Positions 24,640 to 36,231 are shown, counted from the first letter of the whole stretch. The stretch: 60,817 bases of DNA, filler included, from Sphacelaria rigidula (GCA_964200075.2; 9 parts of 9 records of this genome joined end to end with filler, not necessarily neighbours in it); one strand, 5' to 3'. The notes: generated by a model from the letters alone, not told the origin. Numbers and translations are program-made.

Positions 24640-26139
24640 CACTCGTGACTGGTGGGATAGTGAGGCAGCTTTGACATGGGCCTGGGGGAGGAGGCGACGT
24701 AAAAGAACTTTTTGATGCATATGCAGCTACTCTCCATGGGAATGGAGGCTCTCGGGTTTTGCCGCAAGGAGCGATCGAGTTTGCCATCTGGTGAACGAGT
24801 TGGAGGCGAGCCGAGCGAAACCAATTTTGACGGGATTGTAAATTTATGGACATCTTCGATGCTTTTCGAAGGTTGAACACACGCTGCGTATGCGGCTTTG
24901 GGTGCCCCGTTGATTTGCGCGGTTGGCTTTTCCCGCGTAACGTTTTCGTTTTCGTGACAATAGCAGTGCTTTGGACTGCTCACAAAATAAGATCAACTAT
25001 GTATCGTAGTAGCTTGTAAATATATATGCCAGGGGCATGCTGCAGTCAGGTAATTGCGCTTCAAGACTGTTCGTTCGTTCGAGTTCAAGGTATAGCCGCA
25101 AATAGAGTCGTTTGGTGTGGCAAGGTAGTCCGTCGGTAAGTGGATCAATTGACCACCCGAGTGAGCGATCTAGTTCTCTCCCGTAATTTTTCGAGCAAAA
25201 TATCGCCGATTCAACAGATGGCCCACGCTGGCCGTCAGCAGGTCAAATATTTTCATGTAACACCCATGAGTAGTGTGGATGTTGAGGTTCGAAGGGGGCA
25301 GCGAAAGTGCAAGGAGGTGGTTCCACTCTTGGGTCATCGGAGGTTAATGACCAATTGTGGACGATCCAAGTGTGGGACGAGGTTTGCATCTCGGGTACCT
25401 ATCGCCTCCGTACATCGTATTTATCTATCAGTTTGTGAATGAGATTATCAATCGGATTATTTTACTCTGCCCGCTAACAATGGCGGTGGGAGGGTGGGGT
25501 AGCTGTCGTTGTAAATTGGGGGCCACTCACCGTACAATACAGACATTGCAGTGCTCTCAGTTGAGCAGCACGCGCGTTGCTTTTCCCTGCAAGTTCGAAG
25601 TATCTGGGCTCGTGTAAGACAACGTCTCACTTGAAATGGAAATGATGACTTTTCGACTGGGGATGGATGTTCGGAAGCATGCCATAAAAGCTGGTCTAGC
25701 CTAGAAACGGATTGAATCCAGGTGTAGGTCACAGCAATATCTTATCGACAGCCGAATTGGGCCGGGATCTGCATATCTTATTAATCGTCCGATCAAGGCA
25801 AAAATGCCCATCTGTTTTTTTTTTTTTTTTCTCGGCGGTTGAACGCCATATCGGAATAATTCCTTTACTGTCTGGACTTACTGAAGTCAATATGAGACCC
25901 CGAACGATCTATACAGCGAATGCTGACAATCTTTGGTGTGGACATTCCCTGGAGCACGGGAAAACGATCAATATCCTCACCTTCTCCTAATTCGTTATCG
26001 ACTTCTCGAGATATGGCGCCCATACGGTTCCATGCTGAACTTAAAACCAACAGTTCCGCCAGGCCTCATCTCTCCCTTACATCCTGGCTACAAACGTTAT
26101 TGGATCGGAGTCGAAATTTGGTGGAGTATGATCGACCGG

Positions 26140-26520
26140 TGTCACGAAGGTGGATGTAGCGGCAGCATATACCGTCGATCATTTGCGCGTGAACTTCGAC
26201 ATGGCACTGACTCTGCCGTGTGCCTTTCCGGAACGCATTCGCATCGGCTGTATGCTACCTTCCTGTTGGGGTTCATCGCCCAGTTGGCGGGGTTTTTTTG
26301 CGCCCAATCCCTCAACACCACGGCACCCTGGACGGCCATGATTTTGTACTCAAAGTGACAAGTATCCTATGCGTGATCTCCCCACCATTTGGAGTCGTCG
26401 CGATATCGACCCTCGCACAGTCACAGGCATCTCTAATTTCCGGGGAATAGGGGGAAACGACCGTTTCTTTTGTGAAATGTGCATGGGCGACAGTGTGGTG
26501 GGAGCATAGTGGCTATACGT
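26140..26520 (+). mobile_element. Degenerate DIRS/Ngaro-type reverse transcriptase fragment
   Basis: TKVDVAAAY...LPSCWGSSPSWRG (cf. K.Dv..Afr...L.FGW..SP.wWg), then GG.DRFF..CMGD (decayed Y.DD); stops and frameshifts. Confidence 0.5.
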
Positions 26521-26976
26521 GGTACCGCTCCTTCCTGGATGAGGCTGCAGGTGTTCTTGTGGGGGTTATTCACGTCAATTTGATGCTGTTGGCACAGAGC
26601 AAGGGGGAGTTGTCTCATCCATGCAGGATGTCTCAGTTCAGCCGGAAGGGCCAGCTTCTTGCATGCCTAATCGGAATGAATTTCTTTTTCAGTATTCAAG
26701 GTCTATCGAGGGCAGCCTGTGTTCATTGACCAAGGACTGTCGCCTGAAAAATGATGGGTGAAGATGGGCACCAAAGAAATAAGCTTTGTGGGGGAGCATA
26801 TGCACCGCCTACCTAGCTCGTGCACATATATCATATTATTCTACTCGAATGTGTACTCAGGAAGACAGTTCTACGGTATACTTCCTATCGAGTACCACTT
26901 TATATACTTCCTCTGTCCCACAAGTCTGTATCGTTATGTTTGTACGAGCCCTTAACGATGTCCGATTTGATTTTCG

Positions 26977-27076
26977 NNNNNNNNNNNNNNNNNNNNNNNN
27001 NNNNNNNNNNNNNNNNNNNNTTAATTAATTAANNNNNNNNNNNNNNNNNNNNNNNNNNNNNNNNNNNNNNNNNNNN
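26977..27076. other. Artificial contig linker
   Basis: Same 100-nt linker. Confidence 0.98.
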
Positions 27077-27231
27077 CAAGTATCTACAGAAAAAACAGTA
27101 CTTGAACCTTTGGTCAATATTGGGTGGCTCCTTGTTGAACCGAGACGTATTGACCGGCTAATCTGCTACAGAGTAAAAACTCACACACAGAAGATATGCA
27201 GCTAGATTGTTGGCTGTATAGATTTCCAACA
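27077..27231 (-). repeat. Copia 3' LTR (partial)
   Basis: Begins TGTTGGAAAT on - strand directly after the PPT; homologous to 33431-33585. Confidence 0.92.
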
Positions 27232-27243
27232 CACCCCCTTGAG
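27232..27243 (-). other. Polypurine tract
   Basis: CTCAAGGGGGTG immediately 5' of the LTR TG. Confidence 0.85.
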
Positions 27244-27659
27244 TTGTACGTGGGTAGCAAATCCAATTTCAATCAAATCGTGAATTATACAAATGAACAA
27301 AGAGTACCACAAAAAACAGCTACAAGGTACGCTGTACTGATGGGTAAAACTCAGCTCAAATCGAACAAAAGAATCAACCAAGATACGCTGAGCTGATATG
27401 TAAAAATCAGCCTGTTTATTATGCGTACAGGTGTATACGTTAACTTGAAGAAATATCGTCACTGGTGGACTTTCATCCCTAGACATATGTACTCGGGCTA
27501 TTTGCATGACATCAAACTTTCGGTGCCTGTAGCCTAAAACGTTTTCTCAAAAAATGCAGCACTTCACTCAGTATGCAAATATCAAGCACACGTACTCTGA
27601 TACTCAACAACCTTATATCAAGAGAGAGTACTCATATATTAACACTGCACACTCGGGAC

Positions 27660-28433
27660 TTAAAATCCCCTTGACACTGTTAAATCTCTACCGTACTTGG
27701 ACAATTCCGGCGGGTACAGTGTAGAAGGCGAGACAACTATTGAAAGCCTCATTACCAGAGAAAGATGTACCCTCCTTAGGATTAAAACATCGAAATCATT
27801 CGGTTGTTCATGCATCCATGCCCTTACCAAAAAATTCAGAATTCTCGGATCTAAAAAGAACATGATATCCGTGATTGGATACAGTTGTCTCAGTGAAGTC
27901 AGAAAATCAAAAACCGTGGCGTACTCGCTCTTGTCGCAAAAGCCGTAGGCGCGCAGGTCGTTTGCCATCCTTCTCCTTGCGTCCCAGGTCTGTCCAGGCA
28001 CTCCCATCTGCTGTACGTGCTGCTTCCTGCACCCCCAGTCGATGCTGGTTCCTGTAATGGTCTGTCTGGTCCCCGGGGCGGCCATGTCGTGAAGGCGAGC
28101 TCTCGCGCGTGGTGTGATTTCGAGGTGCCTCATCGCTTGTTGGCGAGAGGGACGGCTGTTTCTGTTATTGGTACCAGCGTGAATCACGTGCCTGCGAGAA
28201 TTGAGAGGAGCTCTTCCGCGGTTGTTGTTGATGTTGTTGATGTTGTTGATGTTGGAGACGGTGCGTGACCCACTTATTGTTGAAGAAAGGAAGTAGTGAT
28301 GTATGCTGGTAGATGAAGATGGGAGAGGTGTTTTGAGAGTTGTGACTGGGTGTGCGTTGGTGGTGGTCCCAGCCCTGCTTTGTTGAAGTGTTTGACGTAC
28401 GAAAGTTGATACGCCCCCTTTGAAAATGACGTA
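27660..28433 (-). CDS. Extra open frame downstream of pol (257 codons stop-to-stop); unknown product
   Basis: Same strand as pol; manual translation extends the tracked 175-aa ORF upstream to a TAG at 28434-28436; Ser/Thr/Asn-rich N-part, ordered-looking C-part; no recognised motif. Confidence 0.5.
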   Translation of the reverse strand, partial: YVIFKGGVSTFVRQTLQQSRAGTTTNAHPVTTLKTPLPSSSTSIHHYFLSSTISGSRTVSNINNINNINNNRGRAPLNSRRHVIHAGTNNRNSRPSRQQAMRHLEITPRARARLHDMAAPGTRQTITGTSIDWGCRKQHVQQMGVPGQTWDARRRMANDLRAYGFCDKSEYATVFDFLTSLRQLYPITDIMFFLDPRILNFLVRAWMHEQPNDFDVLILRRVHLSLVMRLSIVVSPSTLYPPELSKYGRDLTVSRGF

Positions 28434-28505
28434 CTAGTAATGACGCACGCCGGTTAGTTCGTCATCCTTGTTAATGACGGACGTCTGTTACCTCCGTCGG
28501 TAGAG

Positions 28506-31400
28506 TCACTTTCCGAAATCGGCGACTGCATTGAGGAGTCGCCGGTGTATTGCCTTTTCACAATATTTTGTGAGTATGTCGGCCAACTGACGACTAGTCC
28601 TGACATGGTTGACGATTACTTGGTCATTGTTGATGAGATCCTTGAGGCTGTAGAACCTAAGCGCCAGATGTTTGCTCTTCTTACTGTAGTTCGCATTCAA
28701 AGAGAGGTGGAGGGCGCCTTGTGAATCGGAAAAAATCGTTGGAGGCCGTAGAGACCACCCAAGCTCTCGGAGAAGATTGAAAAGGTATGTACCGAATTTT
28801 CCTCCTCTTGCCAGTGCTATAAGTTCAGCTTCGGTTGTAGAAGAGGCTGTTATCCGTTGTAGACTCGAAGAAAAATGTATAAGTCCGTTCGCCAGAAAAA
28901 CATAGTCCCAGATGTTGATCTCATTTTCCTTCCAAGACCTTCATTCCCATATTATGACGAATCTGCGAAACCTTTCAGTTCCAAGTTGTTTCTTGAACTG
29001 CGGTAGACGATGGGCAGATCCGGTGTACCTTTCAAGTAGCGAAATATACGTTTGACAGCTGCGATGTGCTCCGTGGTAGGTTTGCTCATCATGTTGCGGG
29101 CGACCTGAGTAACGCTGAAGGCTATGTCAAATCTCGTGCACTGGGATAGAAAGATCAAGCTTCCCACCATAGCTTGGTACTGTTTCATCCCTTGAAGATC
29201 CAGTAGATGTCCCTCCGAAGCTGGAAGTGTATTATTGATGATCCCTGGTGTATGCACTTAATTACAAGACTCCATCTTGAATTTTTGTAGTAAGGAGAGG
29301 AAGTACTTGTGCTGAGATAATTTGAGTGTTCCCTGTTCTGTATCCCTCGTTATCTCCATGCCGAGGATAAGGGACACTGGTCCAAGCTCTGAAATGGAGA
29401 ACTCCTTCTTTAGTTTACCTTGAACGTCTTGAAGAAGCTTGATCGAAGGTCCGGTCAGAAGGATGTCATCCACAAACAGCGTAAGCATGACGTATTTATC
29501 ATCGTGTCCTCTCGTATAGACACAGGGGTCGCTCGCAGTAGCAGTGAAGCCGATTTTTCTCAGCTCGGAGTCTACCGTTGCGTTCCATACATCGGGACTC
29601 TGACGCAGACCGTAAAGGGCCCGGCGCAAAAGCATCATACGTGGTTGCCCGGTAGTAGGGTCCGTTGTCTCAAATCCAGGTGGCTGCTTGCAAAATACTG
29701 TCTCCTGTAGCTTTCCATTCAAAAAGGCTGTTTGAACATCGAGGGCAGTTATTGGCCAGTTTTTCGCAGTTGCAATCGCAAGGAGGATTCGCTGACTCTC
29801 CAGTCGGCAGACTGGTGCGAAAGTGCTCCCGCAGTCGAAGCCGTGTCGTTGTGCCCAACCCTGTACAACTAGTCGGGCCTTGAATCGTCCGTCGGCTTTG
29901 ACCTTGTAGACCCATCTCGTGCCAATTGTGTTGTTGTTCGGGGGAACTTTTTCAGCTGGACTAGTGTCGGCCACGCGATGGTCTTGAATGCTGCGGAGTT
30001 CGTGTAACATGGCTGCTCTCCATTTTGTTGCGAAAGGTGAAGATGCTTGTTTGTAGTTGTTGGGAACTGGAATCGATGCAGGTGGCACTACGCTTTCTAT
30101 GCCAACCATTTCGATATACTGTGGAACAGTTTCCAGAGCCATGTATTGCTGTGATGAATGTTCCGCCGTCAGAGCTAATTTACGTAGTTCATTGGACTAC
30201 TGTTTAGTCGTTTAAGACGTTGCAGTAGGCTGTTCCACACTGCCATCAGATCGAAGTCGCATTGGATGCGTTGAAGTAGTAGAACTGTCTTCGACATTTT
30301 CCAGCTGCTTGATACCTTCAAAAACGTTGTTGTTGAAGTCGAAATTGTTCTGATTCGTGTGTTCCTCGTATTGTTGATTGTCGATATTTCCCTCCCAAGT
30401 ATTCGGAATTGGTTCTTGCCACAAGTTGATTAGAACTTCGGATGCTTGCTCAATGAATGTGACGTTTCTGGAACTACTAATCCTGCCGGAGTGTCGGTCG
30501 TAGATGCGGTATGAAGGGTTGTCGCTGCCGTACCCTACTAGAACTCCCTCCCATGCCTTGTCCTCCAGTTTGTTAAGGTATCCTTCCTTGTGTACGAACG
30601 CACGACAACCTATGGTGCGTAGAAACGATAATTTCGTCTGTTTCCCGAACATCCTGTACTACGGTGTTTCGCTGTTGATGCTCCGATGTGGTAGACGATT
30701 GATTAAAAATACTGCAGTTGCTGCGATCTCACCCCACAGGTATTTGGGTAGGTTCGCCTCGTTCAAGAGGCAACGGGTTATGTTTAGAATAATTCTTCCG
30801 TCGCGTTCTGACATACCATTTTGCTAGGGAGTATATGGACAGGTGAACTCTTGGAGAATTCCTGTAGTTTTGCAGTATCGTCGAAAGTAGTCTGCGATAT
30901 ATTCTCCCCCCCGATCCGACCGCAGGCGGTGTACTCGTAGTCCTAAGGGAATTGCCACGTCTTGAACATACTTGCACAGGGTAGCAATTGCCTCACTTTT
31001 TTCCTTGATAAAGTATACAACTTTCAGTCGACTGTAGTGGTCGGTGAATTTAGCCATATATCTATATCCTCGTAATGCAGCTGGTGTGATGGGTCCTGAC
31101 AGGTCCGTTGTCATACGTTGTAGACGCTCAGTCACTGATGAAACGTCCGCGGTCTCCAGATGGTTTTGCTGGGTGCTCTTGTTCAGCATGCAGGTGTCAC
31201 ACGAAGAAAGTGAACCTGTAAACTTGACATCCGTCTCGGGTGTATTCATGATACGACGCATAACTGGTTCAGACGGATGGCCCAGGCGTTTATGCCATAT
31301 TTCTGCACTTACAGTGGTTGAAATAGCCGCGTTGATTGTCGATGTAGTGATGACTGGCCCCGGAGTCGCATACCATCTTGAGTGATATTGAAGCCGATAA
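28506..31400 (-). pseudogene. pol: Copia pol (protease, integrase, RT, RNase H) with stops and frameshifts
   Basis: PR CDSGASHH; IN WHKRLGH..CDTC, DLSGP, RSDRGGEY, QNGMSER; RT KARLVVQG, LDVQTAFLNG, LYGLRQSP, LFVDD; RH GFADS, QLADILTK. Confidence 0.95.
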
Positions 31401-31538
31401 CTGAGTCATGTCCTTGTCTGCAGGATCGGCAAAAAAGGTATAGCCTACGCCACTCGGTGGCGCGCATGTTTCAATCAATGTTGAAGATGAAGGTCCGCTG
31501 GTGTCTTGAGCTTGATCATTGGAAGGAACAGTAGTTGG

Positions 31539-32781
31539 TTAAGTGGTTGACGCAGGGTCCATGGTGGCGGTATTCGCCTGATTCGGATGGTTGATGGTGT
31601 TGTTCGTGCTGAAGCCGGAGTTGTTGTTGCTGCTGTTGCGCGTGTTACGACGGCGATGGTTGTTCTTGTTCTGGTAGTTGTTGCTCCTGCTGCTACTCGT
31701 CGGCGCAGCACCGTTAGTGATTTGACTCTTACATTCTGAGTTGTCATGTTTATCTGTACGATGCAGGCTGCACCATTTTACAGTCCTGCTCCTGCTGTGA
31801 GGTTGTCGTTTTGAGCGACAGTCTCGGCTTTGGTGTCCAGGCCGACCGCAGGAAAAACATTTCCCGGCAAATTTTGAAGGTGTTGCAGATGAATCGAGAG
31901 GTGAGGTTGCTATCGTGGCGGAATCACGACCGCGTGTTCCCTTCGACAAAAATTCCGCGTGCGACGCAATTTGAATACATATTCCTCATCGTTACTTCGA
32001 TGTCGGAGATGCTGAAGTCTGGGTCACGCTCCACATCATACTTTATCCTGTCCTATTCATCTATCAAGCCTTCCACCACGATGTCCGTAAGTCTATCATC
32101 TGAAATGGGCTCACCCATGTACACCAGCTGATCACGTAGTTCATGGACCTCGGTCAAAAACACGCCAGGATCTTGGCCAGGTGACATCTTGATGTTATCT
32201 AGCTGACGCATAAGAATACGCCGACGTTGCTTCAAAGAGTTCTCGTATTTACCGACCAGTGCCTCCCATGCAATTTTGCCATCCGGTCTTGCGTGGCCCT
32301 TCGGCTCGAAGCGAAGAAGAAACCTACCAGCTGGGCCTGTAGTTGTCAAGTGTAGTATATTGAATAACTGTTCGTTGCGGCGATCCCAATCATCAACGTC
32401 AGATCTGTTCACCACAACTCTCACATGTGTATCCTCCCGAGAGAAGTCCACTCCGCTGCCAGTCAGCGGGTCCCCAACTGGATCACTTGTTTCGGCTGCC
32501 TCTTCAGATGAAGACGGCGCGGTTCCTTGGAAGCGGGTGTGTGGCGGAGTTGATCTTGACCTGGGTCGTGCAACTGGAACTGATTGGGCACCTTGAGTGT
32601 GCTCCACGTCATCAAAAGTTTCCGCGGGACGTTTACTTCCATTCATTATATCCGAAATCCCAGGATGTGTGAGGGAAATCATTGCGCGCGTGCTGCGCTT
32701 CCATTCGAGGAAATTTGTTCCGTCGAATGTCCTGATGCTCCTGATGAGCTGTGCAACAGATGTCTCTCCTTGATTATTCAT
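31539..32781 (-). pseudogene. gag: Copia gag with a premature stop at 32053-32055
   Basis: ATG of MNNQGETS is also present in copy 2; FDGTNFLEWKR, DGKIAWEAL; knuckles CFSCGRPGHQSRDC and WCSLHRTDKHDNSEC. Confidence 0.9.
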
Positions 32782-32969
32782 CTTGTTACAGTATGTGTGA
32801 GAATTCATCACATCTGAAACCTTGATCAAATAAGAAATATGAAGATAGGACTCTTCTCACTTTTTAGCTGCCGTGACGACCTTGATGGGAAGTCCCCTCG
32901 CTGGTGCTGACCGACGTAGTCTCGAAGCGAAGGCTGATGACCTGAAGGCCTACGTGGTCGCGAATCGAT

Positions 32970-32980
32970 GGCTCAAAACC
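32970..32980 (-). other. Primer binding site, half-tRNA-iMet (Hemivirus-like) type
   Basis: GGTTTTGAGCC directly after the LTR CA; one mismatch to GGTTATGAGCC, the complement of the iMet anticodon arm; no canonical TGG start. Confidence 0.65.
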
Positions 32981-33585
32981 TGTTGGAATAATTCGTGGTC
33001 GTGGCACTGTCCTTACGACAGGCCAACTACTGTTCAGCGAACAGTAGTATGCAGAGGTTGCACCTTGGTTGATTAGACCACTCGCTTCCGCAGCTTCGGA
33101 ATAGAATCAGTGAGACAAATGGTTGATTGGGCGCTTATTTGGCCAAGCAAAGCAGAACTCGCAGTTTCCTCTCAAAGCGGAGAACTGATGGTAGTAAAGG
33201 AGAGTGACTGTAGAGGGCGGTGAGGACCGCCGACTACAACTAACTGCTCAATCCTTGGAACAAAAAACAAAGCTCTACACGTACGTAGACTAAAACGCGT
33301 CCTTGACTCTGACGTGTTGGTTTGTCAGCTCACAGACTGGATTCTTTCTCAAGCTACAGCACTCTCAAACAATGGCAGCACACTGCATTCTCAACAAGCT
33401 TACTTGGCAAGTCTGACAGGATATTGAAGTTAAGTATCTGCATGAAAAACAGTACTTGAACCCTCGGTCAATATTGGGTGGCTCCTAGTTGAACCGAGAT
33501 ATATTGCCCCGCTAATCTGCTACAGAGTAAAAACTCACACACAAAAGATATACAGCTAGATTGCTGGCTGTGTAAATTTCAAGCA
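32981..33585 (-). repeat. Copia 5' LTR (605 bp)
   Basis: TG...CA termini with imperfect inverted ends (TGTTGGAA...TTCAAGCA on +); homologous to 34508-35100. Confidence 0.92.
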
Positions 33586-33745
33586 CAATCATCGCGTACT
33601 ATCATCATGTACGACTTTCCTTCCCGAGACCTAACTAGTTTTGGGCCTGTGAGATCAACAAACACTCTGGAAGCTGGCTCAACTGCTCGTGTATGAGTCG
33701 ATCTTGGGATGGGCTGCCGAAGTCCCTTTCCTTCCGAGCATCCTC

Positions 33746-33845
33746 NNNNNNNNNNNNNNNNNNNNNNNNNNNNNNNNNNNNNNNNNNNNTTAATTAATTA
33801 ANNNNNNNNNNNNNNNNNNNNNNNNNNNNNNNNNNNNNNNNNNNN
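33746..33845. other. Artificial contig linker
   Basis: Same 100-nt linker. Confidence 0.98.
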
Positions 33846-34010
33846 TCAGGCTGCATGAAGCGCCTCATATTGGCAACATTGGCTAGAACGAACCCCAAGA
33901 GTGGGACTTCCCAGCTGCTCGTTGTGCTCGGCTTTTCCCATTTCGATTTACGTGGAGATATTTCCTCCCAAAACCATGCACTTTTGGGGGGGGCTATCGC
34001 AGAAAGTGTC
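33846..34010. mobile_element. GAC..GTC MITE (partial) inserted in the gag of Copia copy 2
   Basis: Homologous to ~49995-50162; right TIR GGGGCTATCGCAGAAAGTGTC is followed directly by gag sequence TCACTTGTTTCGGC. Confidence 0.88.
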
Positions 34011-35396
34011 TCACTTGTTTCGGCTTCTTCTTCGGATGAAGACGGCAGGGTTCCTTCGGAGCAGGTGTGTGGCGGAGTTGATCTTGACCTGGGTTGTGCG
34101 ACTGGAAGTGATTGGGCACCTTGAATGTGCTCCACGTCATCAAAAGTTTCCGTGTAAAGTTTACCTCGATTCATTATATCCGAAATACCTGGATGTACCA
34201 GGGAAATCATTGCGCGCGTACTGCGCTTCTATTCGAGAAAATCTGTACCATCGAATTTCCTGATGCTCTTGATGAGCTGTGCAAGTGATGGCTCTCTTTG
34301 AATATTCATCTGTTGCAAAAATGTGTGTAAATTTCTCACACCTAAAACCTCGTGCAATTATAAAATATGAAGCCTAGACTCTTCTCACTATTAGCTGCCG
34401 TGACAATCTTCATGGGAAGTCCCTTCGCTGGTGCTGACCAACGTGGTCTCGAATCGAAGGCTGATGACCTGGTGACCTACATGGTCGCGAATTGATGGCT
34501 CAAACCCTGTTGGAATAACTCGTGTCCGTAGCACTGTCCTTGCAACAGGCTGACTACCCTTCAACAAACAGTAGTATGGCAGAGGTTACACCCTGGTTGT
34601 CAGACCAGTTGCGTCTGCAGCTCAGAATACAATCCGTGAGACAAACGCTTGATTGGGCTCTTCATCCGGCCAAGAAAAACAGAATCCACAGTCTCTTCTC
34701 AAAGCAGATAACTGATGGTGGTGAAGGAGGGTGATTCTAAGGGGCGGTGAGGACCACCGATTACAGGTATCTCAATCGTGGAACAAAAAACAAAGCACTG
34801 CACGTACGTGAGACTCAAACGCGTCCATGCCTTTGACGTGTTGGTTCGCCAGCTCACAGACTCCCTCAACCTACGACACTCACAAACAACGGCAGCACAC
34901 TGTCGTATCCTACGAGCTTACGTGGCAAGTCTGACAAGATATCTGACTCAAGGATCCACATAAAAAAGGTACATGTACCCGGGGTCATTGTTGGGGTTAG
35001 GATCCTTTGAACCGGAACCTACTGTGCCGCTATTTTTCTACAGAGATGAAATCCACACAGAAACAGACAGCTTGAGTACTGGCTGTATAACTTTCCAACA
35101 TCCCCCTTGGGTTGAACGTCGCTTAGCAAATAAACTCTTACTCGAATCGTAAACTAGACAACTGAACTAAGAGTACTACGAAGCACGCTGTACTGATGTG
35201 TAAAACTCAGCTACAAGGTACAATCAAATAAAAACCCCAATCAAGGTACGCTATACTGATGTGTAAAAACCAGTCTGTTTTTTCATGCGTACAGGTATTT
35301 TTCGTTTACTTGAAGAAATGTCGTCACCCTCGAAATTTTATCCCCATTTATATACACTCGGGCTATTTGCATGGCATCGGAATTTCGGAGCCTGTA
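34011..35396 (-). mobile_element. Second, diverged Copia copy arranged 3'-internal / PPT / LTR (34508-35100) / PBS / gag start
   Basis: 34011-34507 matches 32483-32980; 35101-35396 matches 27232-27531. Confidence 0.9.
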
Positions 35397-35399
35397 ATA

Positions 35400-35895
35400 C
35401 AGAGGCGGTCACCACTTAAAAATACCTTATTTTGAGCGAGGCTCAGTTCTTGTTGGCTGCCCCAACCCGAGCACAAGTTCTTATTCTCCATGTTCTTATT
35501 TCGTCGCCCCATCCTTGTCCAAAATCCGTGTTCTTGTTCTTATTTCAGCACCAATTGCTTAACTGGTGTGCAACAGTCACTATGCACAAGTTCTTATTTG
35601 CCATAATATTTTTTTTGTCGTCCCATCCGTGTCCAAAAGCGATGCTCTTGTCCGTATTTCAACACTGATTGCTCCAATGGTGTGCTGCAGCAGTCAGCAG
35701 TCAGTATTAGCGGTACACCTCATGTGCGGGTTCTTGTTCTTCTATGTAGCTGCAGCGGTACACCTCATGTGCGGGTTCTTGTTCTTAACCCCAGGTCCAA
35801 TTTGAGCACGTGTTCTTATGAGCAAGTTCTTAATATTTCAAATTTTTGAGGCTCAAATTCCTAAGTGCCGTATTCTGAAGTGGTGACCGCCTCTG
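35400..35895. mobile_element. Tc1/mariner-type MITE
   Basis: 26-bp TIR CAGAGGCGGTCACCACTTAAAAATAC with 2 mismatches; TA on both sides; internal CAAGTTCTT/GTTCTTGTTCTT repeats. Confidence 0.9.
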
Positions 35896-36231
35896 TATGT
35901 CACATTCTATTTTTTAGGCCTTCATTGAAGCGTCTGGCCTGTTTTTCGTCTGGTCGGTACTGTAGGTTGTATGCCGTTTTTGGTAGGTTGTATCCCCGAA
36001 AGTGGAGTTGCGCGTCAAGTGTCCTCCTTATTCCACAGTAGTTTATACTTCTTCCGACCGAGACAAATGCTTGCAGAAAACAACGGTAAATCAAGAGAAC
36101 GGACGGAAAGAGCACCATGTTAGAATACCACAATGTCCTCTTCCTTGCTCAAATGCGACGTCGACCAGCATCTTCTTGACTGCTCGAGCTTTCCCGGCTT
36201 CACTTTCTTGCGCTTCGTTCGGTTTCATCAG

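Larger units (their letters stand above)
27077..33585 (-). mobile_element. Ty1/Copia LTR retrotransposon, near complete but degenerate; 3' LTR cut by the contig end
   Basis: Order 5'LTR-PBS-gag-PR-IN-RT-RH-extra region-PPT-3'LTR; about 18 mismatches in the 155 nt of LTR overlap counted by eye. Confidence 0.97.

Noticed and set aside
24123..24983. 286-aa minus-strand ORF
   Set aside because: Probably the antisense shadow of the GC-rich plus-strand exon candidate; no motifs
33586..34010. Two Copia copies forming one tandem locus across the gap
   Set aside because: They are on different contigs joined artificially, and the copies are clearly diverged
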